NCBI GenBank assembly: GCA_050050635.1 | Contig: JASFTU010000001.1 | Location: 1 to 24,883, forward strand | Source of the DNA: Candidatus Brocadiaceae bacterium | Lineage (GTDB): Bacteria > Planctomycetota > Brocadiia > SM23-32 | DNA length: 24,883 bases | Reading direction: 5' to 3' | Part shown: in pieces, positions 16,842-23,692 of the stretch | Numbering within the stretch: the stretch's first letter is position 1 | Layout of the letters: every line of letters begins with the position of its first letter | Made by a program: the position numbers and the translations under genes | Notes under the pieces: model-generated | What the model saw: the letters and a program-made list of their open reading frames with translations, nothing else | Databases searched by the model: none | Told to the model about the DNA's origin: nothing

Positions 16842-17411
16842 ATGAAGCTCGGATTACGCGACTTCTGGTACGACCTGAGGAATCGTCGCTACAGGTTCCG
16901 CCAGTTCGCCGGTGCCCTCTTCGCCGTCCTCCTCCTGCTGTGGGCACTGCCGCGGAAGTGGGACTTCTGGGTCGGCATACCGTTCATCGGCCTGGGGGAA
17001 GGGGTGCGTCTGCTGGCGGCCGGCTACCTCCGTAAGGACTCGAGCCTGGCCACGGGCGGACCGTACGCCTTCGTCCGCCATCCGCAGTATCTGGGCAACA
17101 TCCTGTTGGCCGTCGGGCTGTGCATCGCTTCGGGTTACCCGTGGGCCGTGGGCGCCTGGGTTTTGCTCTTCTGGCTTTTCTACCTCCCGGCAATCCGGCG
17201 CGAGGACAAGAGGATGGAGCACAAGTTCGGCCCGCACTGGAGGGAGTGGCGCAGCCGGACACCGGCGGTTCTCCCCCTCAAATGGCCGTTGCGGGGGTCG
17301 CCCGGGCGCTTCGGTGGCTGGTCGCTCCGAAGGGCCATCCTGAACGGAGAGCCCTTCTGGATGCTTTGCGTACTGGCGGGGGTGGCTTCGCTCTACGTGC
17401 GCCTGGTATGA
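16842..17411 (+). CDS. Isoprenylcysteine carboxyl methyltransferase / PEMT-family membrane methyltransferase
   Basis: LATGGPYAFVRHPQYLGNIL, RREDKRMEHKFGPHWREW (EE..L...FG..Y-type), TPAVLP. Confidence 0.85.
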   Translation: MKLGLRDFWYDLRNRRYRFRQFAGALFAVLLLLWALPRKWDFWVGIPFIGLGEGVRLLAAGYLRKDSSLATGGPYAFVRHPQYLGNILLAVGLCIASGYPWAVGAWVLLFWLFYLPAIRREDKRMEHKFGPHWREWRSRTPAVLPLKWPLRGSPGRFGGWSLRRAILNGEPFWMLCVLAGVASLYVRLV

Positions 17412-17426
17412 CGCCGGGCCCGGGAC

Positions 17427-17909
17427 TCAGAAGTGCTCCGCCTTGTAACGGGCGAAGTCTGTGACGTGTTGCCGTTCCTCGGCGATGATCTCCTCCAGCA
17501 GCGGGCGATCCTGCTCGGGCACGAACTGCAGCATCTCATGGTAGAACAGCAACGTGTTCCGCTCCATGGACATCGCCGTGTCCACCGCCTCCCGGTCGGA
17601 CTCCTGCCTCCTGGCCATCTGCTCGCCGTCCTCCCCCATGGGGAAGATGCGCCCTTCCACCAGGTAGGACATGTACGACTCATACTCGCCCGGATACTGC
17701 TCTCCGGTCGGCGCGTAGTCCCCCAGCCTGTCCAGGAGTCGACGGAACTTCTCCTCGTGCTCGTCTTCCATCTGTGCCACCTCCAGGGCGAACTCACGGA
17801 GTTCGGCGGAGTCCGTGCTCTCCGCCAGCTCCCGGTAGAAGGTGGCCCCCGTCTTCTCCTCGCGGACCGCGATCTCGATCAGCTCGCGCGCTGAGAATAG
17901 CTCCGGCAT
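17427..17909 (-). CDS. Ferritin-like di-iron protein (rubrerythrin-type four-helix domain, no rubredoxin domain)
   Basis: EIAVREEKTGATFY...MEDEH and MSMERNTLLFY...AEERQH (paired E and ExxH motifs); AGGAG RBS. Confidence 0.88.
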   Translation of the reverse strand: MPELFSARELIEIAVREEKTGATFYRELAESTDSAELREFALEVAQMEDEHEEKFRRLLDRLGDYAPTGEQYPGEYESYMSYLVEGRIFPMGEDGEQMARRQESDREAVDTAMSMERNTLLFYHEMLQFVPEQDRPLLEEIIAEERQHVTDFARYKAEHF

Positions 17910-17998
17910 TGACTGCTCCTCTCGGTATGGACTCGACCCGGCGGCCCTGCGGGGCAGCGTGACCGCCCGCGCGACGCCCCCGGATTCGGTAAGCCCCC

Positions 17999-18027
17999 AT
18001 GTTAATCCAACCCCGCGCGGGATGCAA
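17999..18027 (-). promoter_or_regulatory. sigma70-like promoter for the ferritin-like gene
   Basis: TTGCAT (18027-18022), 17 nt spacer, TAACAT (18004-17999). Confidence 0.55.
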
Positions 18028-18039
18028 CGGCGGCGGCGT

Positions 18040-19071
18040 TCACGCTCCCGGGGCGCGCACCAGCACCTTCCGGAGCACCTCGCCGCAGTAGTCGCACTCC
18101 TCGCACCGGCGTCGGCAGCTCGAAGTGCGCTCGAACCAGTCCTCGGGGAAGCGTTCGTTGTCCACTATGTGGGGGGCCACCGCGGGGGAGAAGCCCGGCT
18201 CGAGCAGGTCCAGCAGGTTCCCCCGGTGCCGTCCCCCGGCATAGGCGTGGACGACCATCCGGGGTCGCGCGTGCATCCGGGTGGCCAGCTTCACCTGCCC
18301 GAACATCTCCTCGTAGTGATGCAGGTCTTCGGGCCGGACCCAGCTCGCCTGCAGGATGGCCGGCCAGTGCACGGGATCCTCCAGGTAGTTCCAGCACACG
18401 TGCGGCGTCCAGTCGGGCACGTTGCGGGTCTCGTCCACCTCCTGCTCGTGGGCCACAAGGTTGTCGTGGAACGTCTGCCCGGAGCAGAAGGCCAGACATC
18501 CGCTGTTGACCAGCAGGTGGATCCGCTTGCCGTGCCGGTCGGCCCACGCCTTCAGGCGCCGCAGGTGCTCGAGGTCGCGGTTGTACTCGCGCCTCACGTA
18601 GTAGCTGTCGAACAGGCCCCCCACGTAGGCCATCGCCTGAACCGTGTCGATCCGCATGTTGACCGACGCCCGGACGTCCACCTCCGGGAAGTTGCGCCGG
18701 ACGGTCCGGGCGATGAGCAGGGAAGTGGTGGTCACCGCGTCCACGCCGTCCACCAGATGATGCAGATAGTCCAACGCGGAGAGGACCTTCTGCTCCAGCC
18801 ACTGGCTCGCCGCTCTGCCCCCGTAGCAGTTCGCGTTGAACAGCAGGTTCAGCCGGATGCCCATCTCCCGGAAGGCCCGCAGGTCCTCCTCCAGCCGCCG
18901 CTGCGCCGTCCAGTCCGTGTATCCCCGTCGGCTGGCCATCGCCGCCCGGCCACTGGGCATGTCGGCCCAGGGGAAGTAGACCTCGTCAATGCGGTCGGCG
19001 AAATCCCGCACCACCTCCAGGAGACTTTCCTCACCGGGTTCACTGAGCTGGTACCCAACAGAGAACTGCAT
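18040..19071 (-). CDS. Peptidase U32-family-like Fe-S protein (divergent subfamily)
   Basis: LNLLFNANC, VRASVN, LLVNSGCLAFC..QTFH, SWVRPEDLHHY, KLATR, GNLLDLL, C-terminal CRRRCEECDYC. ATG at 19071. Family call from motif recall. Confidence 0.72.
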   Translation of the reverse strand: MQFSVGYQLSEPGEESLLEVVRDFADRIDEVYFPWADMPSGRAAMASRRGYTDWTAQRRLEEDLRAFREMGIRLNLLFNANCYGGRAASQWLEQKVLSALDYLHHLVDGVDAVTTTSLLIARTVRRNFPEVDVRASVNMRIDTVQAMAYVGGLFDSYYVRREYNRDLEHLRRLKAWADRHGKRIHLLVNSGCLAFCSGQTFHDNLVAHEQEVDETRNVPDWTPHVCWNYLEDPVHWPAILQASWVRPEDLHHYEEMFGQVKLATRMHARPRMVVHAYAGGRHRGNLLDLLEPGFSPAVAPHIVDNERFPEDWFERTSSCRRRCEECDYCGEVLRKVLVRAPGA

Positions 19072-19210
19072 CGGGGCTATCCCCCTTTCCTCACCGGGGC
19101 CATCTGCCCTCTCTGAAGCGCCGGTGCCTCTTGGAGGCCAGTTCGCGGACCGGCCCGGGCCGGACGCCGGGTCGTTCCACGACATCGCCCTCGAACGGAC
19201 GCGAGCGGGG

Positions 19211-20230
19211 TCACTCCCCCGAGTAGGGCTCGGGTGGCTGGGACGGGGCCCGGGGATTGACTTCGGGCGCCGGCTCCGACCAGTCGATCCGCCACGGTTT
19301 CCTCCGCCGGAATGGCATCCTGAACGTGTTCTCCAGCACGCCGCGCTCCTCCAGGTGGATCATGCACGCGCGCATGCACCCGCGGGCGCCGCAGATCGCC
19401 TGCCCGTACTGGTAGAGATTGCGCGGCTTGTCCACGAAGGGCGACCACCAGCCGGGACGGGTGGTGTGTCCCCAGAAGGTGGTGTACGACTCCTCGTCTT
19501 CCACCTCGTCATCGATGACGGCTCCCCGGAAGGCCATGTCGCAGGCCGCCAGATCCAGATCCATCCATTCCACTTCGTGGCCGGCGAGCGTTACGCGGAC
19601 CGTTCTGTCGGGATCGAAGGCCCCGATGGGGCACTGGCGGACGCAGTCCAGGCACCGGTCGCAGAGCTGCGGGCCACCATAGATGGGGTCCGGCTCCAGC
19701 TCCGCGTCGGTGATCACGATGCCCAGGCGCTGTCGGGGGCCGAACTGGGGGGTCAGGAAGATCTTGGAGAAGCCGATCTCGCCCAGTCCGCACAGGAACC
19801 CGGCGATGCGCAGGTGCACCATCACGTCCGGGGCGGCCCGCCCCTCGGCCGCCGGCCGGCTGTAGTCGGGCTTCAGGGCCCCGTCGGCCGTGATGCCACG
19901 CCAGGGACTCAGATGACCGTAGGGGACAGCTTCATGTCCGTGGTCCTCGATAAATTTCGAGAGATTGATGGCAACCAGGGGCATGTAGAGCCAGTTCAAG
20001 CCGCCGTAGCCCATCGAGGAGTAATTGCTGAAGAAAGTGCCCTCCTCCACGCCCCGCAGGCTGCCGCGCATGACCCGAAACGCCATGCCGACGATGCTCT
20101 TCGCCTCGGGCATGATCTGGCGGGGATCCATCTGGATGGGCGCGCCCTCCCAGCGGTCGATTGAGCCGATCCGCACGGCGTCGGCACCGAGGGCGCGCGC
20201 CGTCTTCTTAACGTCCCCTGCTTCCAGCAT
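19211..20230 (-). CDS. RdhA/QueG-superfamily Fe-S (probably cobalamin-binding) oxidoreductase
   Basis: ARALGADAVRIG, IMPEAKSIV, CGLGEIGFSKIFLTPQFGPRQRLGIVITDAELEPDP, CDRCLDCVRQCP, C...CGARGCMRAC. ATG at 20230 after AGGAGG. Confidence 0.82.
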   Translation of the reverse strand: MLEAGDVKKTARALGADAVRIGSIDRWEGAPIQMDPRQIMPEAKSIVGMAFRVMRGSLRGVEEGTFFSNYSSMGYGGLNWLYMPLVAINLSKFIEDHGHEAVPYGHLSPWRGITADGALKPDYSRPAAEGRAAPDVMVHLRIAGFLCGLGEIGFSKIFLTPQFGPRQRLGIVITDAELEPDPIYGGPQLCDRCLDCVRQCPIGAFDPDRTVRVTLAGHEVEWMDLDLAACDMAFRGAVIDDEVEDEESYTTFWGHTTRPGWWSPFVDKPRNLYQYGQAICGARGCMRACMIHLEERGVLENTFRMPFRRRKPWRIDWSEPAPEVNPRAPSQPPEPYSGE

Positions 20231-21005
20231 GCTCGGCCTCCTGCTGTTCCACGGTCTGTTCGCCGGCGGATGAAAGCCTGCCCGCCGACTCCACAAGTGC
20301 GTCGATCGCCTCTGCCCTGCGTTCGGAGAGGCCGGCCGGCAACGCTATGCCCAGGGCACCGTGCAGGACGCCGCCCGCGCCGAACACCGGGACGGCAAGG
20401 GGCAGGATGGCCTTGCCCGATAGCCGGGGCGCGGCGTAGCCCGAAGAGCGCACCTCCTGCAGGAAGCCCTCCACCTCCTCGATGGTGTCCCACAGGTGGG
20501 CACCGTGCTCCCAGAAGGGATGCCGCCGGCGGTAGGCGGCGCGTTCCTCCTCCGTCCAGTACGCCTGAAACACGAGGGCGCTGGCCGTGCCGTAGGGATG
20601 CATGGAACGAGTGGCGTCCCGCTGGATGAAGCCCGGCCTCTCCGGGCTCGTGCGGAGCACCGCGACCACTGCCTCCCCGATGTGCCGGGAGTAGGTCACC
20701 GTGGCCGCCGGAAAGCGCTCCGCAAGGTCCCGAACCACCTCTGCAGCGCGCTCCATCAGGCCGCCCTCCCACCGGGCGCGGGCCAGGTCGAACACCACCG
20801 GCCCGAGGGCGTAACGCACGGGTCCGGTGTGCCGCTCGACGAAGCCCCGCGCGGCGAGGGTGCGCAGCACCTTGTGCGCCGTGGGCGGCTTCAGGCCGAG
20901 CCGACCGGCCAGCTCCTTGAGGGCCACCCCCTCCGGCTCACCGGCCAGCTCGACCAGAACGTCGAGGGCGCGGAGCACGGACTGGATCAGACGGCTGGCG
21001 GCCAT
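20208..21005 (-). CDS. IclR-family transcriptional regulator
   Basis: IQSVLRALDVL...LKELAGRLGLKPPTAHKVLRTLAARGFV...YALGP (IclR wHTH); C-terminal VRSSGYA and LAVPVF..GALGI. Confidence 0.9.
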   Translation of the reverse strand: MAASRLIQSVLRALDVLVELAGEPEGVALKELAGRLGLKPPTAHKVLRTLAARGFVERHTGPVRYALGPVVFDLARARWEGGLMERAAEVVRDLAERFPAATVTYSRHIGEAVVAVLRTSPERPGFIQRDATRSMHPYGTASALVFQAYWTEEERAAYRRRHPFWEHGAHLWDTIEEVEGFLQEVRSSGYAAPRLSGKAILPLAVPVFGAGGVLHGALGIALPAGLSERRAEAIDALVESAGRLSSAGEQTVEQQEAEHAGSRGR

Positions 21006-21042
21006 GATTCACGACCGACAAAGAATTGTTTACCACACGGAC

Positions 21043-21070
21043 ATTCTACCGTGCATCGGCTCCGTGTCAA
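21043..21070 (-). promoter_or_regulatory. sigma70-like promoter for the iclR operon
   Basis: TTGACA (21070-21065), 16 nt spacer, TAGAAT (21048-21043). Confidence 0.75.
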
Positions 21071-21110
21071 GGCCCGCAGCACAGAAGTGAGAGAAAACCA
21101 GGAATCCGAC

Positions 21111-21138
21111 TTGACAGATCGAGCCGAGGGCTTATAAT
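21111..21138 (+). promoter_or_regulatory. Consensus sigma70 promoter for the DUF134/ORP-like operon
   Basis: TTGACA (21111-21116), 16 nt spacer, TATAAT (21133-21138); both hexamers are exact consensus. Confidence 0.85.
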
Positions 21139-21155
21139 GAACATATGTTCATAAT
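21134..21155. promoter_or_regulatory. Palindromic operator candidate
   Basis: ATGAACATATGTTCAT (21137-21152) is a perfect 16-bp palindrome, extending to 22 bp with one mismatched pair; it overlaps the -10 and the expected start site. Confidence 0.75.
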
Positions 21156-21163
21156 CGAGACCG

Positions 21164-21508
21164 ATGCCCAGGAATAAGAAAACAAGGCTTGTCCGCCACC
21201 GACCACCGGCGGCCGTGTTCAAGCCGGCCGGGGTTCCGGCGCGGGGCCTGGAGCGTTGTGTGCTCCCGCTGGATCAGTACGAGGCGATCCGGCTGGCCGA
21301 CCACGAGGGGCTCAACCAGGAGGAGGTGGCCGAGAGGCTTGGCGTCTCGCGGCCCACCGTGAGCCGCATGCTGGCCGAGGCCCACCACACGGTGGGGGAG
21401 GCCCTGGTGGAGGGGCGGGCACTGCTGATCGAGGGCGGGCCGGTCTCGTTCGCCCCGCCGTTCGGTCGGGGTCGCCGCCGCCGCTGGCGTGGCGGAAGAA
21501 CCTGGTAG
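21164..21508 (+). CDS. DUF134 (UPF0251) HTH-containing putative DNA-binding protein
   Basis: MPRNKKTR, FKPAGVP, YEAIRLADHEGLNQEEVAERLGVSRPTVSRML...ALVEGRALLIEGG. Confidence 0.9.
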   Translation: MPRNKKTRLVRHRPPAAVFKPAGVPARGLERCVLPLDQYEAIRLADHEGLNQEEVAERLGVSRPTVSRMLAEAHHTVGEALVEGRALLIEGGPVSFAPPFGRGRRRRWRGGRTW

Positions 21509-21521
21509 GAAAGGAGTTGCC

Positions 21522-21710
21522 ATGGGAGCCGGAGCAGGTCGAGGTGCAGGTGGAGGAGGCGGGCGTGGCCGCAAGGGAGGCTTCGGCGCCGGCCCGGGCG
21601 GCAACTGCGTCTGCCCGAACTGCGGAACCAAGAAGTCGCATCAGCGCGGTGTGCCCTGCTACCAGACGAAATGCCCGAAGTGCGGCACGGCCATGACTCG
21701 GGAGCGCTGA
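21522..21710 (+). CDS. Small Gly/Arg-rich protein with a Cys-rich metal-binding ribbon
   Basis: AAGGAG RBS before ATG 21522; GPGGNCVCPNCG...HQRGVPC...CPKCGTAM. Confidence 0.8.
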   Translation: MGAGAGRGAGGGGGRGRKGGFGAGPGGNCVCPNCGTKKSHQRGVPCYQTKCPKCGTAMTRER

Positions 21711-21880
21711 GCAGGCAGTGTCGCCCTCAGCGGGACATTCACGGAGACACTCGAGAAGGAACGTAGAGACAGACCGGTGCCCGCGGCAGAGCCCCGACGG
21801 ACTGTCGCGGCAGCCGGGGGGATGGTCCCGGTAAGTGGATGGACCAGAAGCGAACCTCACTATCTAAGGAGGTGCATGTC

Positions 21881-22279
21881 ATGCCAGGTGGAGACGGAAC
21901 TGGACCTGCCGGAATGGGACCCATGACGGGACGGGCGGCCGGCTACTGCGCCGGTTACCCCGTGCCCGGTTACATGAATCCCGGGCCGAGAGGCGGCTAC
22001 GGCTTCTGGGGCCGGGGCGGCGGCCGTGGGCGCCGTAACTGGTACTATGCCACGGGCCTGCCCGGATGGGCAAGGAGCGCTCAGGGATTGCCCGCCTTCG
22101 GTGGGGTTGCCCCGGGGCGTGGCCGGGCGCCGTATGCGGCGCCCTATGCCGCACCACCGGGCGTCGGCCCGACGCCGGAGCAGGAACTCGAAGCCTTGAA
22201 GGGCCAGGCCGAGTACCTCGAGGACGCTCTGGGCGACATTCGCCGGCGTATCGAGGAACTGGAGCAGGAAGGATCCTGA
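21881..22279 (+). CDS. DUF5320-type Gly/Arg-rich protein with C-terminal coiled coil
   Basis: TAAGGAGGT RBS; MPGGDGTGPAGMGPMTGRAAGYCAG, GRGGGRGRRNWYYATGLPGW, ELEALKGQAEYLEDALGDIRRRIEELE. Confidence 0.88.
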   Translation: MPGGDGTGPAGMGPMTGRAAGYCAGYPVPGYMNPGPRGGYGFWGRGGGRGRRNWYYATGLPGWARSAQGLPAFGGVAPGRGRAPYAAPYAAPPGVGPTPEQELEALKGQAEYLEDALGDIRRRIEELEQEGS

Positions 22280-22298
22280 GCCACCCCCAACCGGCGGC

Positions 22299-22340
22299 GC
22301 ATCTCCGGGAGCGTAACAAAGCAACTGCTCCCGGGGATGC
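22299..22340 (+). other. Intergenic 14-bp RNA stem-loop without U-tract
   Basis: GCATCTCCGGGAGC (22299-22312) pairs with GCTCCCGGGGATGC (22327-22340), 13 Watson-Crick pairs and one G-U, 14-nt loop. Confidence 0.6.
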
Positions 22341-22375
22341 TCCCCGCACTTCACAGTCAGACAGGAGCAAGACAA

Positions 22376-22735
22376 GTGAAACTGTGTATCACCAGTCAGG
22401 GACCCGAACTCTCCTCCCCGGTCGACCCCCGCTTCGGGAGGGCCAGGTACTTCCTGATCTACGATGAGGACACCGAGGCCGTAGAGGCAATCGACAACGC
22501 ACAGAACGTCAATGCGGCCGGTGGTGCGGGCATACAGTCGGCGCGGACCGTCGTGGAGCGCGGAGCCGACTGGGTGGTGAGCGGCCACATCGGTCCGAAG
22601 GCGCTCTCCGTGCTGAAGGCCGGTGAAGTGAAAGTGGCCGTGGGTGCCGACGGCACCGTGCAGGATGCCATCGCGGCCTTCCGGCAGGGCGAACTCGAGC
22701 GGGCAGACGAAGCCGACGTTCCGCCCCGGTGGTGA
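22376..22735 (+). CDS. NifB/NifX-family protein, Orange protein (ORP)-like
   Basis: GTG after AGGAG; VDPRFGRARYF, GGAGIQSA, SGHIGPKA match the ORP-type motifs DPRFGRA / GAGI / GxxGPKA as I recall them. Confidence 0.88.
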   Translation: MKLCITSQGPELSSPVDPRFGRARYFLIYDEDTEAVEAIDNAQNVNAAGGAGIQSARTVVERGADWVVSGHIGPKALSVLKAGEVKVAVGADGTVQDAIAAFRQGELERADEADVPPRW

Positions 22736-22819
22736 CCGCTGGCAAGTCGGCGTGACGGGCAGCGGGAGCGGGGTCCGGTAGCGCAGGGCTCGCCGCGGCC
22801 GCAGCCCCGGGAGGATCAG

Positions 22820-23692
22820 ATGAAGGGGAGTCGCCCCGGCGAGGCCGGGACCGACCAGGCGCGCCGCGAGCAGATGGAGCGCCAGAACCGCAAGCTACAG
22901 GAGCGCATGTCCGGCATTCGCCACGTCGTGGTGGTCCTGTCCGGGAAGGGCGGCGTGGGCAAGAGCACCGTGGCTGCCAACCTGGCGGTCGCCCTGACCG
23001 GGGCCGGGCTCCGGGTGGGGCTGTTGGACGCCGACATGCATGGTCCCAGCGTGCCCAGGTTGCTTGGCCTGAGCGCCGCCCAGGTACTCTCGGACGGTGA
23101 GGATATCCTGCCCGCCGTCTACGGGCCGCACATGAAGGTGATGTCCATCACGTTCCTGGTGCGGGCGCCGGAGGAGGCGGTCATCTGGCGAGGTCCACTG
23201 AAGATGAACGTGCTCCGGCAACTGCTGGCGGACGTGGACTGGGGCGAGCTGGACTTCCTGGTGGTGGACCTCCCGCCGGGCACGGGGGATGAGCCACTGT
23301 CCATATGCCAGCTCATACCCGACGCGACCGGCGCCATCGTCGTCACCACTCCTCAGGAACTTGCGGTCTCCGACGTGCGCAAGTGCATCACGTTCTGCCG
23401 GCGACTGGAGCTCCCCGTTCTGGGTGTCCTGGAGAATATGAGCGGGTTCGTCTGCCCGCACTGTGGAAAGACGGCGAACATCTTCGGCGACGGCGGCGGC
23501 CAGAAGCTGGCCGTAAGCATGAACGTGCCTTTCCTCGGAGCCGTGCCGATCGACCCGGAGGTCGTCAGATGCTCGGATGAGGGTGAACCCTTCGTCGAGC
23601 ACCGACCGGACAGCCCCGCCACCCGTGCCTTCCAGAGTGCTATGAAACCAATCATCGAGTTGGGCGCCGAGGCGCCTGGAGAGGAGAACTGA
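22820..23692 (+). CDS. mrp: Mrp/NBP35 (ApbC) Fe-S cluster carrier ATPase
   Basis: Deviant Walker A SGKGGVGKST, DADMHGPS, VIWRGP, VDLPPGTGD, ENMSGFVCPHCG; GGAGG RBS. Confidence 0.93.
   Translation: MKGSRPGEAGTDQARREQMERQNRKLQERMSGIRHVVVVLSGKGGVGKSTVAANLAVALTGAGLRVGLLDADMHGPSVPRLLGLSAAQVLSDGEDILPAVYGPHMKVMSITFLVRAPEEAVIWRGPLKMNVLRQLLADVDWGELDFLVVDLPPGTGDEPLSICQLIPDATGAIVVTTPQELAVSDVRKCITFCRRLELPVLGVLENMSGFVCPHCGKTANIFGDGGGQKLAVSMNVPFLGAVPIDPEVVRCSDEGEPFVEHRPDSPATRAFQSAMKPIIELGAEAPGEEN

Noticed and set aside
17910-17995. tRNA-like T-arm fragment (GGGTCGAGTCC, minus strand) in the ferritin-like gene leader
   Set aside because: No cloverleaf, no TTC in the loop, no acceptor stem.
17842-20164. 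424-aa and 391-aa + strand ORFs
   Set aside because: Antisense to the U32-like and RdhA/QueG-like genes, which carry the conserved motifs and RBSs.
19211-20230. Calling this gene queG or a respiratory rdhA
   Set aside because: Lacks the QueG C-terminal HEAT region and the RdhA Tat signal and rdhB; only superfamily membership is supported.
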